From contig OZ231126.1 in assembly GCA_965153355.1 (NCBI GenBank), positions 43,152,001 to 43,216,000 on the forward strand: 64,000 bases of DNA, given 5' to 3'. The translations under genes were made by a program, and so were the position numbers. The notes under the pieces were generated by a model. It worked only from the letters and a program-made list of their open reading frames with translations, had not been told where the DNA came from and searched no databases. The stretch's first letter is position 1. Each line of letters opens with the position of its first letter. Shown piece after piece: positions 16,040-28,620 of this stretch. The DNA is from Flaccisagitta enflata. Lineage: Eukaryota.

Positions 16040-18116
16040 CTCTCTCTTCTTTTTTTTTCAGTTTTCTTCGTTTTAAGGGTTTCCAAACGGGCCGCCGATC
16101 CAAAGGTGTGTCCCAACTCCACCCGCTTTTACGGTCGAGTGCTCCCTACGCAAGTGTTGATTAGTCCGTCTGTCGGCTGTTACGTCAAACCCGACTTTTT
16201 CATCATTAGTCTGCAAACATCTCTGAATTAAAACAAGGCCGGATACACGTAATGTGCGGGTGGGCAGGGGCAGTAATAACAAGGCCGGATACACAACCAC
16301 CAGTTGCGGACGGGTGGGCAGGGGCGGAAATGCGCGTTTTCCCACTTTTCAACTCAAGCGTGACGGACCAACGGACCGACGGACCAACGGATGGATGGAC
16401 AAAGCCTCTTATATAGTTGCGTGTCCGCAACTAGCAAGGCAGGATACACGGCCATCAGTTGCGGACGGGTGGGCAGGGGCGGAAATGCGCGTTTTCCCAC
16501 TTTTTGACTCGATGGTTACGGACGGACAAACGGACCGACTGATGGACGGACAAAACCTCTTATAGAGTTGCGTGTCCGCAACTAAAAAGTCGCCCAAGGG
16601 CAATATGTGGTCAGCCGTACCCGTTGCCCTGCTTTGCATGACTATGAATTTGAGTGGGGGACTTTTGTATGTTCTTCCTGAAATAGTTGATGAGGCACTG
16701 AGGAGGGCTGGTTGAGGGCGTTTGATACCCTGAATGCTGGTTCAAGGCTGATGAAGATGGCTGGGCTGATCTGAAGGCTTAGAGGGCTGATTTCTAGCCT
16801 GAGTTGACAGATTTGAGTTCTGAGAGGGCATACTAAAGGCCTGAGAGGGCAGATTTGAGGCCTGAAAGAACAAATTTGAAGCCTGAAATGGCAAATCTGT
16901 GGCCTGAGAGGCCTGATTTGAGGCCTGAGAGGCCTGATTTGAGGCCTGAGAGGCTTGAAAGGCCTAATTTAAGGCTTGAGAGGGCAGATTTGAGGATGAT
17001 CTGAGGCCTTAGAGGGCAGAGTAGATGCCTGAGAGGGCTGGAGGATATTCACGAGAGGTACTTGAGTAAGTCTTAAGTAAGTCTCAAGTAAGAAATTTTT
17101 GAGAGCAGGGCAGCGGCCCCAAAGGGCCGTTGTCCTGTAGGACACAGGGGAGAATATCGAGACGTCCTGAGTCGGGATGGCAGAATTTAGTCCAAAAGAG
17201 CAAATTTGAGGTTTGGGGGGCAGGCTTGAGGTCTAGAGGACAAATTTTAGGCCTGAAGAGTTGATTTGAGGCCTGGAGGGCGGATTTGAGGTCTGGAGGG
17301 TTTATTTGAGGTCTTGAGGGCAGATATGAGGTCTGGAGAGCTGATTTGAGCTCTCAAGGGCTAAATTAAGGTCTGAGACTGCAGACTTGAGGCTCCAATG
17401 GCGGGATGGAAGGACGGACGGATGGACGGAAGGATGGAAGGACGGAAGGACAGACGGACACCTTGAAATTCCCCCTTTGGGGCCGCTGCCCAAAAAGCAG
17501 TGTTACAGACCATCCGATCTTAGATGAGATTAAAACCCGGGGGTTGCTCGGTTATGCTCAGGTATGCTTGGGGTTGGCTTGGGTTTTGCCCGAGTTTTGC
17601 TCGGGTTTTAATCTCACGATTTCTATTACAGATTACGTGCGCGACTAAAAATTTGTTTCTCTCTCCTGACCATCCCTATGAAGTTTCACAATGTAGTTTG
17701 ATGATCTGTTTGATCACCGATCGCACTCAATCAAACAAACATTTTACGGAAATTGCATGTAAAATACTGAACTGATTATTCCCTATCCAAGGTTTTTCAC
17801 CCCATTCGCTCCATTCGCTCCATCTTATCTCTTTTTTCACCTTTATTCATTTCTCCACCCCAATTTCTCCATATCTTGCGCGGCTTATCTTTTTAATCCT
17901 TCCTTTTCCCTAGCGGTTCCACCAACTTCGAATTTTTCTTCGACTTTCTTTTTCTTTGTAGATATTCCGGCTTTTCTTTCCTGTTTGTTTTTTGTTCTAC
18001 TCGTTCTAAACCTTCTCCTTTACATACTTTTTTTGTGATTTTTTTCTTTCTTTTTCTCTCTTTTCCACCTTCGGTTCCATCTTTAACTTCACATCTTCCT
18101 CTTTTACCTTCCTCTT

Positions 18117-19265
18117 CACGCCCCTTTTTAACTGAGGTAGGTAGGAAAAAATTCCACAGCATAGCCGCCTATTCAGGGGCGCTATATACATGTAGACGCA
18201 TGCATCCATGCTAAAGATAAAAAATTCTGTTGGGAATTTAACGAGAAAATGCCGTAAAATGCCGTAAAAATCCGTAAAAATGACATTTTGGACCATTATG
18301 TTGGGTGAAACTTGCTCATAACCAGCGGCTCTTGCTAAATAATGCATATATGGCACTAATGCACATTTGTGCTTATGATCAATTGATGCCGTCACCATTG
18401 GATGTCATTTTATGCCGTAAAATGCCGTAATATGCCTTAATATGCCATTTTTCCACCGTTTTTCTGGCACTACCCTTTCTTAAAGCCTGATAAAAACTTG
18501 ACAACTAAGAGCTAATGGGTATCGAGGCCTTTGACACACATATTGTTAAGTTTCAAAACAGAGCACAGAAATTCATTCACATTGCAAAGCCATAATAGCC
18601 GTAAAATTGCCGTAAAATTTCAAAATTGGCAGTTTTTTATATGAATTTTCCCAAAAAACTGCTCCACTTGTCAGATGATGACCAATTTATGATGAAATGG
18701 CACTAAAATACATTTATGCAAATAAGTTTGTGGGCAAATTAACCCAATAAATTATCACAAACGTCATTTTACGGCAATTTACGACCTTTTACGGTATTTA
18801 GAAAAGCCCAAATATCTTTTATTTGTATAAGCTTCTTACATATTTGTGTCCTAGGCCTCAATACACATTTTTTGTCAATTTGCAAATGAATGTTGCCTAT
18901 TTTGAGGATAAAAACAGATGATTTGACAAAAACGCACTTTTAACGGCATTTTACGACATAAAATGGAGTACAATAATGACGTCATCACTTGAATCTTCGC
19001 ATGAATGCGTCTTAGTGTCATACAGATATTGTTTGACCTATTGCTGACAAGAGCCGTCGTTTTTGACTGAGTTTAAACCAACAAATTTGTCAAAATTGCT
19101 GGTTTAAGGGCTTTTTACGGCATTTTACGGCATTTTCTCACAAAAATCCCAACAGAATTTTTTGTCTCAAGCATGGTGATGTACCCCAAGGTGTACTTAG
19201 TCAGATAAGACATGTCACAATGCTGTGGAATTTTTTCCTACTTGCCTCAATTAGAAAGGGGCGTG
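18117..19265. mobile_element. Non-autonomous DNA transposon with CAC...GTG ends and a 4-bp TSD (Chapaev/CMC-like)
   Basis: About 46-bp TIRs (CACGCCCCTTT...ATTCCACAGCAT). TSD TCTT at 18113-18116 and 19266-19269. Many internal GCCGTAA motifs whose orientation flips near the centre. Confidence 0.8.
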
Positions 19266-19949
19266 TCTTCTTCCTTCCTCTTCCACCTACCTTCCACCTT
19301 CCTGCTTCCTCTTCCTCTCTCTCTTTCTTTTTCTCCCTCTCCTTCTTCCTTCCTCTTTTTTCCTTCCTCCTTCTTGCTTCCTCCTTAGTCCTTCCTCTTC
19401 CTCCTTCTCTTTCCTCATTTCTCCTTCTTCTTCCTCTTGCTTTAAACCCAATGGCCTCGACTTAGTTTTCCATCTCATAAAAGCCATATCTTAGGTGCAA
19501 TGGGCTCAAGTTTTTCCTCCAGAGCCAAATCTAGTCTCTCCCTCTCCTTTCTCCTTGCTTGCCTGCTGGCTGGCTTGCTTGCTGGCTCCCAGTTTTCCCA
19601 CCTAAACTCAGTTAAGAGGTCAAAAGCATTTTTTATCTTTTCCCATTTTGCATTCCCGCGAATATATAACAAAACGCGCCTCTTTTTAAAGCCAGCCCTC
19701 CGTTCTTTCATTTCCGATCCTACCGTGCTTTTTTTTTTTCTCCTTTCATTCTTTTCTCTTTTTTTCTCGTTTTTTCTGTGTTTTGTTGAATGGGGAGCAG
19801 TTGGATTTTTGGTTAAGAGTTAAGACAGGGTTGTAGACGGGCAGACACCGTTTAGCATAGTCAACGCCCATTCTGATGATCCAAAATTATACAGACTGCA
19901 AAATTGATTCGTGGGAATTGTACAGTGGGGTTCGTGGAATAACAGCCAA

Positions 19950-20494
19950 AACTGGAGGAAGTTATTTAAGTGTCTTAATTTCATTTGACAAACTTGATAT
20001 TTGAAATATGATTGTTCACTTGATGCTTTTGTCCCTGAGTTTTATGGTTGCTATGGAAACCAAAATCATTTTCAAACATTTATAACCACTAAAATATCAA
20101 TGTTTTGAGAAATATTGTTAGGGAACATTGTTCAAAATTAAATTTGCTACAACTTTCCCAGAATATGTTCTGTAAGAATATTGCTTGTTTAGCCGTTGCT
20201 AGGGGGCATCACGCCTAGCAACCACTAAATGATGCTCCCTAGCAACTGCTGAACAAGCAATATTCGTACAGAACATACTGTGGGAAAGTTGTAGCAAATT
20301 TAATTCTGAGCAATGTTCCCTGATGATATTGGTCAAAATATCGATATTCTAGTTGTTATAAATGTTCAAAAAAATAATTTTGGTTTCCATAGCAACCGTA
20401 AAACTCGGGGACAAAAGCATCAAGTGAATAATTTAAATTTCAAATATCAAGTTTGTCAATTGAAATTAAGACACTTAAATACCTTCCTCCAGTT
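19950..20494. mobile_element. Foldback MITE sharing its inner core with 14192-14765
   Basis: aactggaggaagttatttaagtgtcttaatttc... is mirrored by ...gaaattaagacacttaaataccttcctccagtt. Core aaatttgctacaactttccca.aatatgttctgtaagaatattgc. Confidence 0.85.
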
Positions 20495-22399
20495 GCCATG
20501 AAAAGTGCTGTAGATGTTCGACGAATAGAATTTGCGGTATTTTACCAACATTTTTTTTCCTCTTCTTTGTTGCTGCTACGTTGTTGTAGCACGAGGGTGG
20601 TTATTTTGACCCTAAATGCTCACATGTACCTAAAAGGCTAATCTGTTGGCCTTCTGTTTCTGTTTCTTTTTCTGTTTCTGTTTCAGTGTTACATGAAGTC
20701 TATTGAAACTTGCAGAAAATTTGATGTAAGGAAACTGTACATTTGTAACTGGTTTTGAAATACGTAAAATATATGATGCCAAAAAATGATTTGGTAATCA
20801 TATAACTCCATCGAGTGTTTTCCTACTGATTTGGTTATCAATGTCACAACGAACATGGAAATGGGAAAGTGAAAGCGGAAGTCACTCTATTTCAACATCG
20901 TTACTGTTATCATCATTTCCATTATATTAGATTCTCTTTGCAGTGGAAAATTCACGATTATTCACGATTCCTTCAAAATTAGTTAACGTTTCGCTATCGC
21001 AACATCATTGCGCACAAAACGAAAAAAAAAGTTTCCAACCACAACGCCCCCCCCCCCAAAAGAAAAGTGATTAGTTGTTCTTTCTTTTCTTGCGATGACG
21101 TCCAACTGGCGGTCGAACGAAACTGATTAGTGATAACTGCTCGTCAACCAAAGGGTGACAACTAACGGGAGAGTGAGATAAAGAGGTAAAGGGGGTGCAA
21201 GGGTTGAAGGGACGAATCGGGTGAGAAGTTGATGGGAAGAAGGAGTGATAGAGATGAAGGGGTGAAGGAGTCAAGATGTAGGTGAAGGTTTCGGAACGGT
21301 GAGGGGGATCAAGTTAGTGTTGAGGTTAAAAAATACACCTTAGTGAAATTAATTTACAGAATTAAACGGCGAAGCAGGGATAAGGTCTTAGGAACTGGTC
21401 GCCCTAGGGAGGGTAGAGAAGTTACGGGTCAATGAATGGCAATGACACGACTGACACGTTGTCCAATGTTCATGACAACTGATGGAAACGGTCAAAATTG
21501 AGGCGTAAGTCAAATGGAAATGGATCAACGTGATAGACGAGTCCTACACATTTTTGTGGAGTCGGAACAACGACCGACTGCGGCGATGCGCGATGACGCC
21601 GGCTCAGATACACACGTGGGAGATTTGAAAACAAGGATACACGGCTAACATGGCCGCAAGTGGCATAAGCAGGGAACTTAAACAGGGCCAGATATACGGC
21701 AATCCAGTCGCGGACGGTTGGGCAGGAGTAGTGACGTAAAAACCGCTCGGAATTCAAAAATATTACGGACAGACGGACAGACGGATGGACCGACCTACCA
21801 ACGGACACGGCAAGGTGTAGAGTCGCGTGTCCACGACTAAATACGAGGCTAATTATTTACTAGTCTAGTAGGACCTGAAGGAAAGTTGGGGACAAAGCCG
21901 TATACACTATACAATGTTCATTTTTTCTGCATTAAAGAAATGCTTCCAAAAAGGTCACCATGACGGAAAGACCGACCAACAGACCGACATGTCAAGTTAT
22001 AGTGTCACGTGAGTCGTGCACGCAACTAAAAGGGGTAAGGAGAAGACAGAGAGGTAGCAACGATGAGTTCGTCAGCTTTGAACTGCGAGGATGAAATGAC
22101 TGGATTTCAACTTCGTGATGACAAGTTGATGGCCGTTTGTCATCCGCTCTTTCCATGCCATTCATAATCAACGAGAACCAAGTTCAGTAATTGTGCCGTT
22201 TCACTCACACACTTTTTTTTTCTTTTTATCTTTTTCTTTTTACTTGTTTTTTCTTTTTATCCCATTCCTACACGTGCGAGCCTCCCCCTTATGTGTGTTC
22301 TTCTGCTTTTTGTGCTTCTGTTTCTGCTTCTCCTTGTACTTCTTCATCTTCTTCTACGTCAACTTGTTTTTCCTTTTTCTTTTCTTTTTTCCTTGTTAA

Positions 22400-22422
22400 A
22401 TTTTTTTCTCCTTCTTCTTCTC

Positions 22423-22465
<43 letters not shown>

Positions 22466-22617
22466 TTCGTCTTCTTCTTCTTCTTCTTCTTCTTCTTCTT
22501 CTTCTTCTTCTTCTTCTTCTTCTTCCTCTTCCTCGTCTTCTTCTTCTTCTTCATCATCTTCTTCTTCATCTTCTTCTTCATCTTTTTCTTTTTCTTTTTC
22601 TTCATCTTTTTCTTGTT

Positions 22618-22677
<60 letters not shown>

Positions 22678-22881
22678 CTTCTTCTTCTTCTTCTTCTTCT
22701 TCTTCTTCTTCTTCTTCTTCTTCTTCTTCTTCTTCTTCTTCTTCTTCTTCTTCTTCTTCTTCTTCTTCTTCTTCTTCTTCTTCTTTTTCCTTTTCCTATT
22801 CTTCTTCTTCTTCTTCATCATCTTCTTCTTCATCTTCTTCTTCATCTTTTTCTTTTTCTTTTTCTTTATCTTTTTCTTGTT

Positions 22882-22928
<47 letters not shown>

Positions 22929-22961
22929 GGTTTTTGTTGTTGTTCTTCTTCTTCTTCTTCT

Positions 22962-23008
<47 letters not shown>

Positions 23009-23340
23009 TTTTTCCTTTTCTTATTCTTCTTCTTCTTCTTCATCATCTTCTTCTTCATCTTCTTCTTCATCTTCTTCTTTTTCTTTTTCTTTATCTTTTT
23101 CTTGTTATTGTTGTTGTTGTTCTTCTTCTTCTTCTTCTTCTTTTTCTTTTTCTTTTTCTTTTTCTTTTTCTTTTTCTTTTTCTTTTTTTATTTCTTCTTC
23201 TTCTTCTTCTTCTTCGTTTTCTTCCTCTTCTTCTTCTTCTTCTTCTTCTTCTCCTTTTTCTTCTTTTTCATCTTGTTATCTTCTTCTTCTTCTTCTTCCG
23301 CTTCTTCTAATTTTTCTTTCTCTTTCTCTTTTTCTCTTTC

Positions 23341-23372
<32 letters not shown>

Positions 23373-23650
23373 TTTCTTTTTCTTTTTCTTTTTCTTTTTC
23401 TTTTTCTTTTTCTTTTTCTTTTTCTTCTTCTTCTTCTTCTTCTTCTTCTTCTTCTTCTTCTTTTTCTTCTTCTTTTTATTCTTCTTCTTCTTCTTCTTCT
23501 TCTTCTTCTTCTTCTTCTTCTTCTTCTTCATCTTCTAATTTTTCTTTTTCTTTTTCTTCTTCTATTTTTTCTCTCTTTTTTTCTTTTTTTTTTTTCTTTT
23601 TCTTTTTCTTCTTCTTTTTCTCTTTCTTTTTCTACTTCTTCTTTTATTTT
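22400..23650. repeat. Compound (CTT)n/(GTT)n/(CTTTTT)n array
   Basis: Direct reading; explains the poly-S/L/F/K ORFs. Confidence 0.97.
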
Positions 23651-23872
23651 AGTTCTTTTCCCTTTCTTCTTAAGGGTAAACGGCATACAGAATTTCCGGG
23701 TCAATGAAAAATCGTTGATGGTGGTTGATCGGACCCATGGCCCCCGTTGAAGCTCTGTAAAAAGTTTCGAGTCACTGCTGTAAAAATGACTTTAAAATTG
23801 GACTATTTACAAGTTTTTGCTATATTACTCCGCAACGGTGAAAATATGAAATGTTTGCAACCAAAAACGCTT

Positions 23873-23944
23873 TGTCGGATCCAGGATTCGAACCTGAAGC
23901 GTTTACTCCGAAGGTGAGCTCACTACCACGACGCTAAGTGCTCC
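23873..23944 (-). pseudogene. tRNA-derived (Arg-TCG-like) pseudogene or SINE head
   Basis: On the minus strand: A-box-like TAGCGTCGTGG, loop CTTCGGA, T-arm CAGG-TTCGAAT-CCTG and a downstream T5. Acceptor and anticodon stems pair poorly. Confidence 0.55.
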
Positions 23945-24049
23945 GGTGTATACCATGAGTGGATGTTGAGATATGTATTCAATTGGATTCAGATTTTCGG
24001 GCTTCCAATTTGAATGGCAGTAAAGTTCCGCAAATTCCAAGTTGCAGGA

Positions 24050-24111
<62 letters not shown>

Positions 24112-24209
24112 GATGTCGCAACCCGTACGATACAAGCTGACCGCTGACCTTTTGTTCACAGATGTAAGGCAAAGCTGCGCTCGAGCTCTGACATTAGGGA
24201 AAAAAAAAC

Positions 24210-26267
24210 ATTGACCCTGACCTTCATCTTCAAGTTGAACCCTCAAGCTGCAACCTTCCTGCAACCTCGCCAAGTAGGAGTAAAGACGAGAGGGGGCACT
24301 GAGGCAATCATCCACTCTGTCCAAGCCATCCTCAACAACACCGCCATCCCTGCTAACAGCAAGTGGGTGGTGCAGATCGACTTCAAGAATGCCTTTAACA
24401 CCATCGATCGGACAACTTTCCTGGCCGAAGTTCGCGAGCGCCTGCCGGGCCTTTCAGCTTTTGCTGAGTGGTGCTACGGCGCTCACTCACGGCTTGTGTT
24501 TGGCGAAGACATTATCTACAGCGCCACCGGGGTCCAGCAAGGGGACCCACTAGGACCTCTGCTCTTTGCCATTTGCCTCCATCTCCTCATCCGCCGCATC
24601 GAAGAAGTCGCTCCCAACCTGCTCATCAACGTCTGGTACCTGGATGATGGCGTTCTTGTTGGCGATCCAAAGTCCATCTTGGCCGCCTTCGAAATCATCA
24701 AGGAGTTCTCTCCCACCCTCGGGCTGGAGCTCAACTTGGAGAAGTCCACCCTCTGGCGGTGCCTGGAGGCCCGTGCTGACCAGACCCAATCCACCATCGG
24801 CACTATCACCCAACTTGGCATCCCTGAGGTCCAATCCAATGGCTTCGTTCTCCTGGGGGCTCCAGTTGGAAGCGAAGCATTCTCTCGAGCTACGGTTGCA
24901 GAACGTGTGGAAAAGTTGGCAGATCTTTTGGCCAAGGTTTCGTCCCTTCAAAATCCTCAGATTCAGCTCTCTTTGGTCCGCTCCTGCTTTGGCCTAAGTT
25001 CGCCTACTGCCTTAGGACGTGTGATCCAGCCTCCGTCATTGATCAATTTGGTTCCTTCGACGATGCCCAGTGCCGTGCCCTCTCTGACATAGCCGGGACG
25101 CCGCTCTCAACTCAAGACCCAGCATGGATCTTGGCGTCTCTCCCTGTGTCTCTTGGGGGCCTTGGCCTGAGAAGTGCCGCCATTCACAGTCCAGCTGCCT
25201 TCGTCGCTTCCAACCTGCAAACATCCCACCTGGTGGAGAAGATAATTGCACCACACAAAACCCTCCGTGACATCACTGCTGCAACTTCCCTGCTCACCAA
25301 CAACTCAACAAACGCCACAACTCCTTTGCCCGAGGAAGGTCTAACAGCAAAGACTCCACAAAAGCTTCTCTCGCGTCGCATTGACGAATCCCGCCTCCAT
25401 CTTCTCGAAAACATGGACACTGGGGATCGATTTCCGATTGTTCTTCAATCAGTGCGTCAGCAGGGGACCGGAGCCTTTCTGAATGTCATTCCATCACCAA
25501 CTCTAGGCCTCTACATCCCTCCGCGCGAATTCACTCTGGCCACAAAATACCGTCTTGGGCTCCCGGTCTATCCAAGTCCTGGGCCCTGCCTACTCTGCCA
25601 GAAGGATTCTGACATCTATGGAGACCACGCCATCTCAGCGTGCATCGTCAGTGGTGATCGAACTCGACGCCATGACAGCCTAGTCAACGCCATCTATGAA
25701 CGATCTCAATCAGCACTACTGCGCCCCACAAAGGAGGAACGGAATCTTCTCGACGACCGTTCAAGGCCTGGCGACATCACGTTTGAACAATCGTGGCGGC
25801 TCTGCCCGGGGAAGATGAAGATTGCTTTAGACGTCACAGTTGCGTCTCCATTTCGTCAAGACTCTCACTCCCATTCCGCCGCGGACGCCACCTTCGTCTT
25901 ACGAAAAGCGCGGGAACACAAATTCCGCAAGTATGAAGACAAACTTCCTCTTGGCGTCGGCCTAGTCCCCCTCCCGGTCACCACCTTCGGTCTGTGGGAG
26001 GAAAATGCAGCCGCCAATCTCCTAGAAATTGTCAACATCCAGTCCAGCAACTTGCGTGGCGACAAAAAGAATAATAAAAGACACTTCTTTGAGCGTCTGT
26101 CCGTGACTTTACAACGTGAAAACGGCTCCATGCTGCTTGAGCGCTCTCCGCTCCCTGCACCAAATGTTGATGGTGAACTTTAAATTGTTATCTCGTCTTT
26201 CGTCTTCTGTGATTTCCATTTGTGCCTTCCTATACATTTATACCTTATCGTCTGATAAAAAAAAAAA
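24210..26267 (+). mobile_element. Non-LTR retrotransposon, RLE group (CRE-like), 5'-truncated
   Basis: RT motifs DFKNAFNTIDR, GVQQGDPLGPLLF and WYLDDG; LPVSLGGLG; CxxC...H...C knuckle followed by RHD, RPGD, ALDVTV and HKFRKY (RLE). Short 3' UTR with an A11 tail at 26257-26267; A10 at the 5' junction. Confidence 0.9.
24211..26183 (+). pseudogene. RT-RLE polyprotein broken by one frameshift near 24995
   Basis: The track's ORFs 24211-25092 and 25131-26183 join if the frame shifts at ggcct|aagttc, giving ...SCFG(L)-KFAYCLRTCDPASV...AWILASLPVSLGGLG. The N-terminus is absent. Confidence 0.85.
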
Positions 26268-26544
26268 TGCTGTTACTTTCTTATTTTGATGCAATGTCGC
26301 CTTTAACTGATTTTGCTTGCCATGTTCTCCCCTTTATTTCAGAAAAAAAAAAAAAATCTGTGCAGAGGTCTACATCTTTTCCATTATATGTTTCAACTGA
26401 AACAGTATTTATTGACGTAGACTTATGTTTAGTCATTCGTGCACTGCATTGATAATTGGAGACGGTGTAGAAGACGACCAAATCACGGCAACCCAGTCGG
26501 CATTGAATCAAACGAACGTACAGCCGTACAGGTAAACGTAAATA

Positions 26545-26928
26545 CACCTTTTTTTTATAAGAACATCATTTTTGGCCAAAATTTTCAAGAGAGATAGAGA
26601 TAGTTACTTATAGAATAACTACTATGTTCTTAATTTTAGAACAATATGAAGCCTTGATGTTCCTATAAACTAGGTTCTTACAAAAGAAAGCATTGTTCCA
26701 TTGCATGGCAATCATCTGGGACTAAGAGTTCCTGGGTGATTGCAACAGTTTACAACCGAACTGACAGCAACTACACTTTTTATTTTTTATAAAAACTTAG
26801 TCTATGAAATCATCAAGCCTTGAAATCACTCAAATATAAAGAACATTGTAGTTATTTTACTAGTAGCTATCTCTATCTTTTTTGAAACTTCAGAAAGGAA
26901 ATGACGTTCTTATAAAATATAAAAAGTG
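26545..26928. mobile_element. TA-flanked MITE (CAC...ATAAGAAC family)
   Basis: Ends cacc(t)nataagaac and gttcttataaaatataaaaagtg, TA on both sides. Same family as 48569-48992. Confidence 0.65.
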
Positions 26929-28163
26929 TATGTCACGAGTCTGAAAGATCTCGATCGATAGACTCGTTTTGCTTTTGCTATTTACAGAAAAACCAGGCCG
27001 GATACACGGCAATCCAGTCGCGGACGGTTGGGTAGGAGCAGTAATACGAAAACCACTTGGAATTCAGAAATGTGACGGACGGACCGACCGACACGGCAAG
27101 GTGTAGAGTCGCGTGTCCGCGACTAAAAACGTACGTAATGGTAAAGCTGTATGTCCGGTAATGGTAATGGTAAACGTACGTACGGGTTGGGTGCTTCACA
27201 TAGCACAAGTTGTTTATTTCTTTTCGCCCTCTCTACCTGATGTGGAGTGGCCAATTTTAGGACCCTTACCATTTTTTTCTTATCAAAAATCGTTCATCTT
27301 CCGTTTTCTAGAAAATAGGTTTTGAGGGCCTAATTTGCATAATGCAGTGGGATAAAGCAATATGCTGATATTGTTTGAATTAACTTTTACAAATTTCTAT
27401 TTTTCAAAGAATTGCAATTCTGCCTTTTCATAAGCTTTTTTATAGCTTATGTTCTAATATTTTATTCTATTTTTACAAGCATTATGTTTTTCTAAAATAA
27501 ATAATTGTCCTTTTTGTAACAAAACTACACAGGATTTTGCTGAATTCTGGGAAATCTGTGAAACTTTAAGGCCAAAACAAAAACGGAAGATGAAGGAATT
27601 TTGAAAAAAGGAAAATGGTCATCTTCATGATTTTTGCTCCTCCACATTACCTGAGTAGGGTGAAGGGATACTCCCAACTTTTGCTATGCGAAGCACGCAG
27701 CCGTACGGGTCTTCTTTTACAAGAGGATCTCACTTATATTTTCATCTATCATGACTATTTCTTCGCAGGAAATTTATGGACGTATAAGTATGGTTGAGTT
27801 TAGGGGTGGGGTTGAATTTAGGGGTAGGGTTGAGTTGAGGGGTAGGGTTGAGTTGAGGGGAAGGGCTGAGTTGAGGGGAAGGGTTGAGTTGAGGGGTAGG
27901 GTTGAGTTGAGGGGTAGGGTTGAGTTGAGGGGTAGGGTTGAGTTGAGGGGTAGGGTTGAGTTGAGGGGTAGGGTTGAGTTGAGGGGTAGGGTTGAGTTGA
28001 GGGGTAGGGTTGAGTTGAGTTGAGAAGTAGGGTTGAGTTGAGGGGTAGAGTTGAGTTGAGGGGTAGGGTTGAGTTGAGGGGTAGGGTTGAGTTGAGTTGA
28101 GGGGTAGGGTTGAGTTGAGTTGAGGGGTAGGGTTGAGTTTAGTTGAGGGATATGGTTGAGTTG

Positions 28164-28396
28164 AGTATGGAATAGGACTCCTTATACCCACTTGAAACAC
28201 CCTAATATTAGAATATCCTTTATAAGAATATGAGGGACCCCTATTTAATTTAGCAATTGACGTAATACACCACAAACTTTACAGATTTCTAATGCGGGTG
28301 ATATATAAACGAATATTTCTTTGGAATTTCAGTAAACCAAGAAATTCCAAAGAAATTTCGTCTTTCTTTCAGTCCGTATGACTTCAATGTCATACT
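28164..28396 (+). repeat. 5' LTR
   Basis: AGTATG...CATACT termini; no difference from 39596-39828 seen by eye. TATATAAA at 28302-28309. Confidence 0.97.
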
Positions 28397-28410
28397 TGGA
28401 GGCAGCGAGG
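28397..28410 (+). promoter_or_regulatory. Primer binding site (imperfect match to a tRNA-Leu-type 3' end)
   Basis: TGGAGGCAGCGAGG abuts the LTR and resembles the tRNA-Leu PBS TGGTGGCAGCGGTGG. Confidence 0.7.
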
Positions 28411-28620
28411 TCTAGTAAAATCTGCGCGCCACAAGTGGCTATTCGGTCAGTTGGGCAGGAGCACCGGCGGCGTTTCTAGGAAAAGGGATTCGACGCGGGT
28501 CTCTCCCAATACTCATCGATCATCGCGAAGCGGTATCGATCTACATTTAAACAGAAACATTATCGGCGGCTCTCGCCGTCAGAGGAAAAGCCGAGGTAGG
28601 ATCTTCGACTTTTTTCCAAG

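Noticed and set aside
23873-23944. Functional tRNA gene
   Set aside because: The acceptor and anticodon stems do not pair adequately.
24990-25000. Programmed frameshift in the CRE-like element
   Set aside because: There is no slippery site, RLE elements have a single ORF, and this copy is truncated; a deletion or sequencing error is more likely.
27793-28163. True telomere or chromosome-fusion relic
   Set aside because: The unit is an 18-mer enclosed by inverted repeats, not a canonical telomeric array.
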